DNA of 64,000 nucleotides from Pristiophorus japonicus. Its lineage: Eukaryota. Numbering within the stretch: position 1 is the first letter of the stretch; every line of letters starts with the position of its first letter. Under the pieces are notes generated by a model. That model made no database searches, was not told the origin of the DNA, and was given only the letters and a program-made list of their open reading frames with translations. Of this stretch, positions 1 to 13,732 are shown one piece after another. The stretch is taken from assembly GCF_044704955.1 (NCBI RefSeq), contig NW_027253544.1:124001-188000 (forward strand). The letters run 5' to 3'. The position numbers and the translations under genes were made by a program.

Positions 1-98
1 CTGAGTCCACGGCCAGATCAGCCATGATCTTGTTGAATGGCGGAGCAGGCTCGAGGGCCTACTCCTGTTCCTAATTCTTATGTTCTTATGTTCTTATG
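1..98 (+). mobile_element. CR1 LINE 3' tail
   Basis: Matches the CR1 3' end at 44524-44630, ending in (TTCTTATG)n. Confidence 0.85.
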
Positions 99-659
99 TA
101 AATCAGGAAACACAGAGTAAGTTCGTTAATCTTCATTGCACCTTTATTTCCAGATGTTAAACTTCTCACATTTAAGTTGTTGAAATAACGTGACTTGAAA
201 CATAAATGAGGACAGGAAAAGACCCGCTGCTCCATCCAGCCTGTCCCACACAACTGAGATGCTCTGTACCAGCAGACAACATTCGATGATGACTTGAAAC
301 CCGTCAGCGGCTTGTCCCGAGCTTTCACTTTTATGTCATTCCGGCTTGCACAAACACTGTCGCCAATCTGTTTTTGAAAGCGCTAACTGTGACCCCTTTC
401 ATTTGCCATTCCTTTGGGCCCTGCCATGCTCAGTGGATTGGAATTGAGTTACAGAGCCAGCAGCAATGAATGGATGAAACATCAGCTCCTAAACATTAAT
501 GGGCCAAATGGGAGGGTTCAAGGGGGGTGAGGCGGTTGGGGATGGGGACCTAATTATCGGGGTGCATCGGCACAATTTACGCGGCTCCCATGCTGTGTTA
601 ACTTTTAGCACACTCCAGAACTCAGTTTGTTGACACCCAAAGACAATCCAGAATGAGGA

Positions 660-1585
660 GAATCCATTCACTTCCCTCCCCAAAAGACACAAGAGACAAC
701 CAGGTAGCTTAAAAATGCCGTCACTTGAAGAATGAAGAGGAGCTTACAAGGGAACAGCTTACAAAGGAGCTGATCTTCATTTGGGCATTCTCCACGCACT
801 GCTGGCAACCATCCAAGTAGACGAGGAGGATGAGAAAGGAGGCTTAAGTGACCAGACAAACGTGATAAAGTGATTATTACCCATGGGTACACCCTACTCT
901 GATGGGCATGCCATCTCAACAGCCAGGCTACCAATCAGAAGCTGGCAAGATCCAAATCCAGATCCTGCTGATGCAGTTTTCTGTTTCGATCTGGCGCTGG
1001 TGTCCGTGAATAACACTGACTTTGATCAATTTGTCCTGGGAGTTGGAGAGTCTGTTCCCTTGCAGGGCCCACCCTTCTCACCCTGACTACCAGTTGGTCA
1101 GTGTCCAACAGTATGTGGAGCATGTTGGAATGAAAAATAACGATTCCATAAAAAAAAGTAGGCTTGTCTTTAATCTGGAAATGACTCCTGTGAGCTTCTG
1201 AAGTCAGGCCGGCAATATTCAACACGCGGGTGTATGAGAAACATGGTTTGTGAGGCAAGGAAAGGGTTAACCAGAATCACCATCTGCTGCAATTTTCTGT
1301 AGCATCCTGGAGATCAGGCAACCCCTGAGCAACAGAATCTAAAAACTAAAGAACGAAAGACTGTCCAGCCTCCGCCTGACTGCCTGAGGTCCTCGAGCAG
1401 ATTGGCGATTGTCCGGTGATACGAGCAAGTCCATCGATCTGGTAAGCCTCAAAGTGCTGAAGATATTCTGGACTATCTCAGTGTGGATCATCCACTTGTC
1501 AGGGTGAACCACAGAGCGACTGACTGTGCTGACTGTAGTATTGTCCACCCCGACCGAAGGGACTCCAGGGCCGGAACTACCCAAA
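660..1585 (-). mobile_element. Degenerate DIRS-type retrotransposon, RNase H C-terminal part and tyrosine recombinase
   Basis: Minus-strand fragments DNTTV; KWMIHTEIVQNIF..MDLLVSPDN (cf. EWxLHxxvfxxIFxxwGxPxvDLFASxxN); IAGLTSEAHRS (cf. LAitSarRvSE); TDQLVV (cf. DQLFV); STWMVASSA (cf. HSTRxvASS). Many stops and frameshifts. Confidence 0.6.
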
Positions 1586-1824
1586 ACTACTGCTCAATAC
1601 ACCCAGCTTGCGCTCGGGCCCCCAGTGGCATCCAGGCCTATCCCCAGTGACGTCTGGGCCTCTCCCCGGCAGAGTCCGGGCATTCGGGCTCCCTTGGGGA
1701 CGACTGGGCCGCTACCTCCCCGCGGTACTCCGGGTGTAGTCTGCCCAGGGCTTTGTGCAGCTGCAGAGGGCTGGCAGTGCCCATGGAGCAGTGCCAAGGG
1801 AGTAACCTACTACTGACTTACATC

Positions 1825-2010
1825 TTAAACTTTTAAGAAGCTTTTAATCAACTTTTAAACTTTTAATCAACTTGAGAAACTTTCCAAACAATTTGGGAAA
1901 ACTTTTAAACTTTTAAACAACTTGGAGAAATTAGTTTAAAACCTCTGGAGAAAGTGTTACATAATTTTGGAAAACTTATTTTTTAAACTTTGGAAGAAAC
2001 TTTTTAAAAC
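1825..2010. repeat. AT-rich low-complexity tract with AAACTTT units
   Basis: Repeated aaacttt/aacttt motifs. Confidence 0.6.
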
Positions 2011-2109
2011 ATCCCTCAGAACTCCAGCGGACAACTGACCTTCCTAATGCCTGCCCCCAACCAAGCCTCGGGACACCTACAATCAAGGGCGCTACTCAGC
2101 ACCGAGCTT

Positions 2110-3537
2110 GCCGCCAACATCTCGCTGTCGGCAATTCGGCTCATACAGCAGTGCCTGGTCTCCAGTCGTCTTGGACCTCTTTGCCACTGGACCAAGACCT
2201 TGCTCAGCTAAGTCCGTGTGCAACGACCACCCCACATTAAAAGAACTCACACACAGGCATCTTTCACTTTGTTAACATGAAGTTCGGGACCTGAAACGTC
2301 AGGACCCTCATGGAGAACTCCAACAGCGACAGGCCAGAACGCCTCACCACCATAGTCGCCCAGGAACTTAGGCGCTTTGACATCGACATAGCCATCCTAA
2401 GCGAGACCCGGTGGGCAGGGGAAGCCCAGCTCAAGGAACAAGGTGGAGGTTACACCTTTTTCTGGAATGGAAAACCAGAGGAAGAACGCCGCCTTCACAG
2501 AGTCGGTTTCGCCATCAAAGGTGAGCTGGTCGGCCACCTCAAAGACTCCCCCTGTGGGGTTAACGGACGCCTCATGACTCTTCGACTCACCCTATCCTGG
2601 AACCGATGCACCACGGTCATCATTGCGTAGGCCCCTACACTCGATGCAACGGATGAGACCAAAGAGGGTTTTTATTCCAACCTCGAAATATCCCTGTCCC
2701 GTGTCCCCGCGGGCGACAAACTGATCCTCCGAGGTGACTTCACGTCAGGGTCAGCAAAGACACAGCCCTCTGGGATTGGCAGCGAGGGGATAGAGAAAGC
2801 CAGCGGTACCCTACTCCTGACAAAATGTCCAGAACATGAACTTCTCATCACCAACATCCTGTTCCGCCAGAGGGACAAATACAAGGTATCGTGGCAACAC
2901 CCTCGCTCCAAACACTGGCACCTTCTCGACTGTCATCATCCGAGCCAGGGATTGCAAGTATGTGCATATCACCCGCGCCATGACAGGAGCTGACGACTGC
3001 TGGACGGACCAGCGCCTAATCCGATCCATCATCGACATTTAAAAGCCCCAAAGCGAAGGGGACAGCAGAAGCAGTGCCACAAAAAAGTCAATGCAGGGGC
3101 ACTTAAAGACCCAGCAAAGATGGACCTATACAGCCAGCACCTCACAGCTAACCTGGCATGCCTTGATAACCCTGAGATACTGAATGCCCACAGTGCTTGG
3201 TCTGCCCTCCAGGCCTCCATAACCAGTGCCTGTGACCACTTGGTCACTCAACTAGAAAACACCAGGACTGGTTTGATGAGAATGATCAGATGATCCAAGA
3301 ACTAAGAGATCACAAGAGCAGAGCATTTCTGAGCCTCAAACAACAACCCAACATGGGAGCAGCAAAGTAACATTACAGACGGCTCAAGGCTGAGGTCCAA
3401 CAAAAAACCCGGGACCTAACAAAAAGGTGGTGGATGGAGAAAGCACAGGAGATACAGCAGCTGGCCGATAGTCACGATATGCGAGGATTCTTCATCGCAG
3501 TCAAGACCAACTACATTCCAAACTTCCAAGGCCCCAT
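2110..3537 (+). mobile_element. RTE-clade LINE, 5'UTR and AP-endonuclease region (degenerate)
   Basis: MKFGT*NVRTLM...ELRRFDIDIAILSETRWAGEAQLKEQGGGYTFFWNG, an RTE/BovB-type endonuclease. Confidence 0.85.
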
Positions 3538-4425
3538 AATCATCATCATAGGTAGTCCCTCGGAATCGAGGAAGACTTGCTTCCACTACTAAAGTGAGTT
3601 CTTTAGTGGCTGAACAGTCCAACACGAGAGCCACAGACCCTGTCACAGGTGGGACAGACATTCGTTGAGGGAAGGGGGGTGGCACTGATTTACCACACGC
3701 TCCTTCCGCTGCCTGCACCTGACCTCTTCACACTCGCAGCGTTGAGATTCGAAGAACTCAACACCCTCCCGAATGCACTTTCTCCACCTAAGGTGGCCTT
3801 CAGCCAGGATCTCCCAGGTGTCAGTGGTGATGTCACACTTCACCAGGGAGGCTTTGAGGGTGTCTTTGTAACGTTTCCGCTGCCCACTTTTGGCTCATTT
3901 ACCATGAAGGAGCGCCGCATAGATCGCTTGCTTTGGGAGTCTCGTGTCTGCCATGCAAACTAAGTGGCCTGCCCAGCGAAGCTGATCGAGTGTGGTCAGT
4001 GCTTCAATGCTGGGGATGTTGGCCTGGGCAAGGACACTGATGTTGGTGCGTCTGTCCTCCCACGGGATATGAAGGATCTTGCAGAGACATTGTTGGTGAT
4101 ATATCTCCAGCGACTTGAGGTGTCTTCTGTACATCGTCCATGCCCCTGACCCATACAGGAGGGCGGATATTACTACAGCCATGTAGACCATGAGCTTAGT
4201 GGTAGATTTCAGGGCCTGGACTTCGAACACTCTTTTCCTCAGGTGGCCGAAGGCTGCACTGGCGCACTGGAGGCGGTGTTGAATCTCCGCGTCAACATCT
4301 GCTTTTGTTGATAAGAGGCTCCTGAGGTAAGGGAAATGGTCCAGGTTGTCGGGGGCCACGCCATGGAACTTGATGACTGGGGGACAGTGCTTTGTGGCAA
4401 GGACAGGCTGGTGGAGGACCTTTAT
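3538..4425 (-). mobile_element. RTE LINE 3' fragment (unit 1; repeated in each unit)
   Basis: DHFPYLRSLLSTKADVDAEIQHRLQCASAAFGHLRKRVF...LRWAGHLVCMADTRLPKQ; (ATG)n tail. Confidence 0.9.
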
Positions 4426-5088
4426 CTACCACCAAGCTCATGCGCTATAGGGCTGTAGTAATACCCTCCTGTATGGCTCAGGGGCATGGACGATGTACAG
4501 AAGGCACTTCAATTCGCTGGAAATATAGCACCAACGATGTCTTCGCAAGATCCTACTAATCTCCTCGGAGGACAGGCGCACCAACATTAGCGACCACGTC
4601 CAGGCTATCATTCCCAGCACTGAAGCACCGACCACACTCGGTCAGCTTCGCTGGACAGGCCACATAGTTCGCATGTCAGACACGAGATTCCTTCAGCAAG
4701 TGAACTATGCAGAGCTCCTTCACGACAAATGAGCCAAAGGTGAGCAGCGGAAACGGTGCAATGACACCCTCAAAGCCTCCCTGATAGAGTGCGACACCAT
4801 CACTGACACCGAGAGTCCCTGGCCAAAGACCGCCCTAAGTGAAGAAAGTGCATCGGGAGGGTGATGAGCACCTCGAGTCTCAACGCCAAGAGCGTGCGGA
4901 AATCAAGCGCAGACAGCGGAAAGAGCATGTGGCAAACCAGTCCCACCCAGCCTTCCCCTCAACGACTATCTGTCCCACCTGTGACAGAGTCAGTGGCTCT
5001 CTTATTGGACTACTCAGCCACCAAAGTACTCACTTCAGGAGTGGAAGCAAGTCTTCCTCTATTCCGAGGGACTGCCTATGATGATGAT
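4426..5088 (+). mobile_element. RTE LINE 3' fragment (unit 1; repeated in each unit)
   Basis: C-terminal CPTCDR..GLLSH motif and gatgatgat tail. Confidence 0.9.
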
Positions 5089-8000
5089 GTCCACCCTGGC
5101 CAAATGTGGCAGCAAGAGTGTCACCCCGTTGTTCAAGCACCAATGGGAAGTAACACGTCAACTTGACAGAGGGACCCAGGAGGGGGTCCCAGACTGTAGA
5201 AATACCAGACTACTGTCATACAGTCTGTCTGTGGACATGCTGACTTGCTCGGCACTGAGACTGAAAGTGTACACTGTCCTATTGGACCATTCACATCCTG
5301 AGGCTGCTGATCACTGTTTGGGGACGTGGAGCTGGAACGGGTTTCGAAGGTTACTGCCCTGCATTCCAGGTCCTAATCGGGAATGATGGACTAGATGGTA
5401 CAAAGGACATTACGGTCTGGATAAAGCATTGTAAAGTCTTATGGAGGTGAATGATTACATCGATTACAGCACAGAAACAGGCCATTCGGCTCAACCAGTC
5501 CATGCTAGCGTTTATGCTCCACTCGAGCCTCCCCACTGTCTCCCCTCATTTAACTATCAGGATAACTCTCTGGTCACTTCTCCCTGAAATGCTTATCTCA
5601 ATCAATCATCAGAGGCAGTCTCTCGGAATCGAGGAAGACTTGCTTCCACTACTAAAGTGAGTTCTTTAGTGGCTGAACAGTCCAACACGAGAACCACAGA
5701 CCCTGTCACAGGTGGGACAGACATTCGTCGTGGAAAGGGTGAGGTGGCACTGATTTACCACACGCCCCTTCCGCTGCCTGCACCTGACCTCTTCACACTC
5801 GCAGCGTTGAGATTCGAAGAACTCAACACCCTCCCGAATGCACTTTCTCCACCTAAGGTGGTCTTCGGCCAGGGTCTCCCAGGTGTCAGTGGTGATGTCA
5901 CACTTCACCAGGGAGGCTTTGAGGGTGTCCTTGTAACGTCTCCACTGCCCACCTTTGGCTCGTTTGCCATGAAGGTGTGCTGCATAGAGCGCTTGCTTTG
6001 GGAGCATCGTGTCTGGCATGCGAACTAAGTGACCTGCCCAAGCTGGGGATGTTAGCCTAGGCAAGGACACTGATGTTGGTGCGTCTGTACTCCCACGGGA
6101 TACGAAGAATCTTGCGGAGACATCATTGATGATATATCTCCAGTGACTTGAGGTATTTTCTGTACAACGTCCATGCCCCGGAGCCATACAGGAGGGCGGG
6201 TATTACGACAGCATGTAGACCATGAGCTTAGTGATAGATTTCAGGGCCTGGACTTCGAACACTCTTTTCCTCAGGTGGTCGAAGGCTGCACTGGCGCACT
6301 GGAGGCGGTGTTGAATCTCCGCATCAACATCTGCTTTTGTTGATAAGAGGCTCCTGAGGTAAGGGAAATGGTCCAGGTTGTCAGGGGCCACGCCATGGAA
6401 CTTGATGACTGGGGGACAGTGCTTTGCGGCAAGGACAGGCTGGTGGAGGACCTTTATCTACCACCAAGCTCATGCTCTATAGGGCTGTAGTAATACCCTC
6501 CTGTATGGCTCAGGGGCATGGACGATGTACAGAAGGCACTTCAATTCGCTGGAAATATAGCACCAACGATGTCTTCGCAAGATCCTACTAATCCCCTCGG
6601 AGGACAGGCGCACCAACATTAGCGACCACGTCCAGGCTATCATTCCCAGCACTGAAGCACCGACCACACTCGGTCAGCTTCGCTGGGCAGGCCACATAGT
6701 TCGCATGTCAGACACGAGATTCCTTCAGCAAGTGAACTATGCGGAGCTCCTTCACGGCAAATGAGCCAAAGGTGAGCAGCGGAAACGGTGCAATGACACC
6801 CTCAAAGCCTCCCTGATCGAGTGCGACACCATCACTGACACCGAGAGTCCCTGGCCAAAGACCGCCCTAAGTGAAGAAAATGCATCGGGAGGGTGATGAG
6901 CACCTCGAGTCTCAACGCCAAGAGCGTGCGGAAATCAAGCGCAGACAGCAGAAAGAGCATGTGGCAAACCAGTCCCACCCAGCCTTCCCCTCAACGACTA
7001 TCTGTCCCACCTGTGACAGAGTCTGTGGCTCTCTTATTGGACTACTCAGCCACAAAAGTATTCACTTCAGGAGTGGAAGCAAGTCTTCCTCTATTCCGAC
7101 GGACTGCCTATGATGATGATGTCCACCCTGGCCAAATGTGGCAGCAAGAGTGTCACCCCATTGTTCAAGCACCAATGGGAAGTAAGACGTCAACTTGACA
7201 GAGGGACCCAGAAGGGAGTCCCAGACTGTAGAAATACCGGACCACTGTCATACAGTCTGTCTGTAGACATGCTGACTTGCCCGGCACTGAGACTGAAAGT
7301 GTACACTGTCCTATTGGACCATTCACATCCCGAGGCTGCTGATCACTGTTTGGGGACGTGGAGCTGGAACGGGTTTCGAAGGTTACTGCCCTGCATTCCA
7401 GGTCCTAATCGGGAATGATGGACTAGATGGTACAAAGGACATTACGGTCTGGATAAAGCATTGTAAAGTCTTATGGAGGTGAATGATTACATCGATTACA
7501 GCACAGAAACAGGCCATTCGGCTCAACCAGTCCATTCTAGCGTTTATGCTCCACTCGAGCCTCCCCCCTGTCTCCCCTCATTTAACTATCAGGATAACTC
7601 TCTGAGATAAGCATTTCAGGGAAAAGTGACCAATCAATCATCAGAGGCAGTCTCTCGGAATCGAGGAAGACTTGCTTCCACTACTAAAGTGAGTTCTTTA
7701 GTGGCTGAACAGTCCAACACGAGAACCACAGACCCTGTCACAGGTGGGACAGACATTCGTCGTGGAAAGGGTGGGGTGGCACTGATTTACCACACGCCCC
7801 TTCCGCTGCCTGCACCTGACCTCTTCACACTCGCAGCGTTGAGATTCGAAGAACTCAACACCCTCCCGAATGCACTTTCGCCACCTAAGGCGGTCTTCGG
7901 CCAGGGTCTCCCAGGTGTCGGTGGTGATGTCACACTTCACCAGGGAGGCTTTGAGGGTGTCCTTGCAACGTCTGCACTGCCCACCTTTGGCTCGTTTGCC

Positions 8001-11000
8001 ATGAAGGTGTGCCGCATAGAGCGCTTGCTTTGGGAGCATCGTGTCTGGCATGCGAACTAAGTGACCTGCCCAAGCTGGGGATGTTAGCCTAGGCAAGGAC
8101 ACTGATGTTGGTGCATCTGTCCTCCCACGGGATATGAAGGATCTTGCGGAGACATCATTGATGATATATCTCCAGGGACTTGAGGTGTCTTCTGTACATC
8201 GTCCATGCCCCTGACCCATACAGGAGGGCGGGTATTACTACAGCACTGTAGACCATGAGCTTAGTGGTAGATTTCAGGGCCTGGACTTCGAACACTCTTT
8301 TCCTCAGGTGGCCGAAGGCTGCACTGGCGCACTGGAGGCGGTGTTGAATCTCCACATCAACATCTGCTTTTGTTGATAAGAGGCTCCTGAGGTAAGGGAA
8401 ATGGTCCAGGTTGTCGGGGGCCACGCCATGGAACTTGATGACTGGGGGACAGTGCTTTGCGGCAAGGACAGGCTGGTGGAGGACCTTTATCTACCACCAA
8501 GCTCATGCTCTATAGGGCTGTAGTAATACCCTCCTGTATGGCTCAGGGGCATGGACGATGTACAGAAGACACCTCAATTCGCTGGAGATATAACACCAAC
8601 GATGTCTTTGTAAGATCCTACAAATCCCCTCGGAGGACAGACGCACCAACATTTGCGACCATGCCCAGGCTATCATTTCCAGCACTGAAGCACTGACCAC
8701 ACTCGGTCAGCTTCGCTGGGCAGGCCACATAGTTCGCATGTCAGACACGAGATTCCTTCAGCAAGTGAACTATGCAGAGCTCCTTCACGGCAAATGAGCC
8801 AAAGGTGAGCAGCGGAAACAGTGCAATAACACCCTCAAAGCCTCCCTGATAGAGTGCGACACCATCACTGACACCGAGAGTCCCTGGCCAAAGACCGCCC
8901 TAAGTGAAGAAAGTGCATCGGGAGGGTGATGAGCACCTCGAGTCTCAACGCCAAGAGCGTGCGGAAATCAAGCGCAGACAGCGGAAAGAGCATGTGGCAA
9001 ACCAGTCCCACCCAGCCTTCCCCTCAACGACTATCTGTCCCACCTGTGACAGAGGCAGTGGCTCTCTTATTGGACTACTCAGCCACAAAAGTACTCATTT
9101 CGGGAGTGGAAGCAAGTCTTCCTCTATTCCGAGGGACTGCCTATGATGATGATGTCCACCCCGGCCAAATGTGGCAGCAAGAGTGTCACCCCGTCGTTCA
9201 AGCAGCAATGGGAAGTAACACGTCAACTTGACAGAGGGACCCAGGAGGGGGTCCCAGACTGTAGAAATACCGGACCACTGTCATACAGTCTGTCTGCAGA
9301 CATGCTGACTTGCCCGGCACTGAGACTGAAAGTGTACACTGTCCTCTTGGACCATTCACATCCCGAGGCTGCTGATCACTGTTTGGGGACGTGGAGCTGG
9401 AACGGGTTTCGAAGGTTACTGCCCTGCATTCCAGGTCCTAATCGGGAATGATGGACTGGATGGTACAAAGGACGTTACGGTCTGGATAAAGCATTGTAAC
9501 GTCTTATGGAGGTGAATGATTACATCGATTACAGCACAGAAACAGGCCATTCGGCTCAACCAGTCCATGCTAGCGTTTATGGTCCACTCGAGCCTCCCCC
9601 CTGTCTCCCCTCATTTAACTATCAGGATAACCCTCTATTTACTTCTCCCTGAAATGCTTATCTCAATCAATCATCAGAGGCAGTCTCTCGGAATCGAGGA
9701 AGACTTGCTTCCACGACTAAAGTGAGTTCTTTAGTGGCTGAACAGTCCAACACGAGAACCACAGACCCTGTCACAGGTGGGACAGACATTCGTCGTGGAA
9801 AGGGTGGGGTGGCACTGATTTACCACACGCCCCTTCCGCTGCCTGCACCTGACCTCTTCACACTCGCAGCGTTGAGATTCGAAGAACTCAACACCCTCCC
9901 GAATGCACTTTCGCCACCTAAGGCAGTCTTCGGCCAGGGTCTCCCAGGTGTCGGTGGTGATGTCACACTTCACCAGGGAGGCTTTGAGGGTGTCCTTGTA
10001 ACGTCTCCACTGCCCACCTTTGGCTCGTTTGCCATGAAGGTGTGCCGCATAGAGCGCTTGCTTTGGGAGCATCGTGTCTGGCATGCAAACTAAGTGACCT
10101 GCCCAAGCTGGGGATGTTAACCTAGGCAAGGACACTGATGTTGGTGCGTCTGTACTCCCACGGGATATGAAGAATCTTGCAGAGACATCATTGATGATAT
10201 ATCTCCAGTGACTTGAGGTGTCTTCTGTACATCGTCCATGCCCCTGAGCCATACAGGAGGGCGGGTATTACTACAGCCCTGTAGACCATGAGCTTAGTGG
10301 TAGATTTCAGGGCCTGGACTTCGAACACTCTTTTCCTCAGGTGGCCGAAGGCTGCACTGGCGCACTGGAGGCGGTGTTGAATCTCCGCATCAACATCTGC
10401 TTTTGTTGATAAGAGGCTCCTGAGGTAAGGGAAATGGTCCAGGTTGTCGGGGGCCACGCCATGGAACTTGATGACTGGGGGACAGTGCTTTGCGGCAAGG
10501 ACAGGCTGGTGGAGGACCTTTATCTACCACCAAGCTCATGCTCTATAGGGCTGTAGTAATACCCTCCTGTATATCTCAGGGGCATGGACGATGTACAGAA
10601 GGCACTTCAATTCGCTGGAAATATAGCACCAACGATGTCTTCGCAAGATCCTACTAATCCCCTCGGAGGACAGGCGCACCAACATTAGCGACCACGTCCA
10701 GGCTATCATTCCCAGCACTGAAGCACCGACCACACTCGATCAGCTTCGCTGGGCAGGCCACATAGTTCGCATGTCAGACACGAGATTCCTTCAGCAAGTG
10801 AACTATGCGGAGCTCCTTCACGGCAAATGAGCCAAAGGTGAGCAGCGGAAACGGTGCAATGACACCCTCAAAGCCTCCCTGATAGAGTGCGACACCATCA
10901 CTGACACCGAGAGTCCCTGGCCAAAGACCGCCCTAAGTGAAGAAAGTGCATCGGGAGGGTGATGAGCACCTCGAGTCTCAACGCCAAGAGCGTGCGGAAA

Positions 11001-13732
11001 TCAAGCGCAGACAGCGGAAAGAGCATGTGGCAAACCAGTCCCACCCAGCCTTCCCCTCAACGACTATCTGTCCCATCCGTGACAGAGTCAAAGGCTCTCT
11101 TATTGGACTACTCAGCCACCAAAGTACTCACTTCAGGAGTGGAAGCAAGTCTTCCTCTATTCCGAGGGACTGCCTATGATGATGATGTCCACCCTGGCCA
11201 AATGTGGCAGCAAGAGTGTCACCCCGTTGTTCAAGCACCAATGGGAAGTAAGACGTCAACTTGACAGAGGGACCCAGAAGGGAGTCCCAGACTGTAGAAA
11301 ACCAGACTATTGTCATACAGTCTGTCTGTAGACATGCTGACTTGCCCGGCACTGAGACTGAAAGTCTACACTGTCCTATTGGACCATTCACATCCTGAGG
11401 CTGCTGATCACTGTTTGGGGACGTGGAGCTGGAACGGGTTTCGAAGGTTACTGCCCTGCATTCCAGGTCCTAATCGGGAATGATGGACTAGATGGTACAA
11501 AGGACATTACGGTCTGGATAAAGCATTGTAACGTCTTATGGAGGTGAATGATTACATCGATTACAGCACAGAAACAGGCCATTCGGCTCAACCATTCCAT
11601 TCTAGCGTTTATGGTCCACTCGAGCCTCCCCCCTGTCTCCCCTCATTTAACTATCAGGATAACTCTCTGAGATAAGCATTTCAGGGAAAAGTGACCAATC
11701 AATCATCAGAGGCAGTCTCTCGGAATCGAGGAAGACTTGCTTCCACTACTAAAGTGAGTTCTTTAGTGGCTGAACAGTCCAACACGAGAACCACAGACCC
11801 TGTCACAGGTGGGACAGACATTCGTCGTGGAAAGGGTGGGGTGGCACTGATTTACCACACGCCCCTTCCGCTGCCTGCACCTGACCTCTTCACACTCGCA
11901 GCGTTGAGATTCGAAGAACTCAACACCCTCCCGAATGCACTTTCTCCACCTAGACGGTCTTCGGCCAGGGTCTCCCAGGTGTCGGTGGTGATGTCACACT
12001 TCACCAGGGAGGCTTTGAGGGTGTCCTTGTAACGTCTCCACTGCCCACCTTTGGCTCGTTTGCCATGAAGGTGTGCCGCATAGAGCACTTGCTTTGGGAG
12101 CATCGTGTCTGGCATGCGAACTAAGTGACCTGCCCAAGCTGGGGATGTTAGCCTAGGCAAGGACACTGATGTTGGTGCGTCTGTCCTCCCACAGGATATG
12201 AAGAATCTTGCAGAGACATAATTGATGATATATCTCCAGTGACTTGAGGTGTCTTCTGTACATCGTCCATGCCCCTGAGCCATACAGGAGGGCGGGTATT
12301 ACTACAGCCCTGTAGACCATGAGCTTAGTGGTAGATTTCAGGGCCTGGACTTCGAACACTCTTTTCCTCAGGTGGCCGAAGGCTGCACTGGTGCACTGGA
12401 GGCGGTGTTGAATCTCCGCATCAACATCTGCTTTTGTTGATAAGAGGCTCCTGAGGTAAGGGAAATGGTCCAGGTTGTCAGGGGCCACGCCATGGAACTT
12501 GATGACTGGGGGACAGTGCTTTGCGGCAAGGACAGGCTGGTGGAGGACCTTTATCTACCACCAAGCTCATGCTCTATAGGGCTGTAGTAATACCCTCCTG
12601 TATGGCTCAGGGGCATGGACGATGTACAGAAGACACCTCAATTCGCTGGAGATATAGCACCAACGATGTCTTTGTAAGATCCTACTAATCCCCTCGGAGG
12701 ACAGACGCACCAACATTAGCGACCACGCCCAGGCTATCATTCCCAGCACTGAAGCACTGACCACACTCGGTCAGCTTCGCTGGGCAGGCCACATAGTTCG
12801 CATGTCAGACACGAGATTCCTACAGCAAGTGAACTATGCAGAGCTCCTTCACGACAAATGAGCCAAAGATGAGCAGCGGAAACGGTGCAATGACACCCTC
12901 AAAGCCTCCCTGATAGAGTGCGACATCATCACTGACACCTCGGAGTCCCTGGCCAAAGTCTGTCCTAAGTGGAGAAAGTGCATCGGGAGGGTGTTGAACA
13001 CTTCGAGTCTCAACGCTGAGAGCGTGCAGAAATCAAGCACAGACGGCGGAAAGAGCATGCGGCAAACCAGTCCCACCCTCCCTTACCCTCAACGACTATC
13101 TGTCCCACCTGTGACAGAGTCTGTGGCTCTCGTATTGGACTATTCAGCCACCAAATAACTCACTTGAGGAGTGGAAGCAAGTCTTGCTCTATTCCGAGGG
13201 ACTGCCTATGATGATGACCTCCACCCAGGACAAATGTGGCAGCAAGAGTGTCACCCCGTCATTCAAGCACCAATGGGAAGCAACACGTCAGCTTGACAAA
13301 GGGATCCAGGAGTGGGTCCCAGACTGTAGAAATACCGGACTACTGTCATACAGTCTGAGTGTAGACATGCTGACTTGCCCCTCACCGAGTCTGAAAGTCT
13401 ACAATGTCCTATTGTACCATTCACACCCGAGGCTGCTGATCACTGCTTGGGGAGGTGGAGCTGGAACGGGTATCGAAGGTTACCTCCCTGCATTCCAGGT
13501 CCTAATCTGGAATGATAGGCGATCATGGTGCAAAGGACATTGCGGTCCGGATAAAGCCTTGTAAAGGCTAATGGAGGTGAATGATTACATAGGAATACAG
13601 CACAGAAACAGGCCATTCGGCTAAACCAGTCCATGCTGGCGTTTATACTCCACTCGAGCCTCCCCCTGTCTCCACTCATCTAACTATCAGGATAACCCTC
13701 GATTCACTTCTCCCTTCTATACTTCTCAATCA

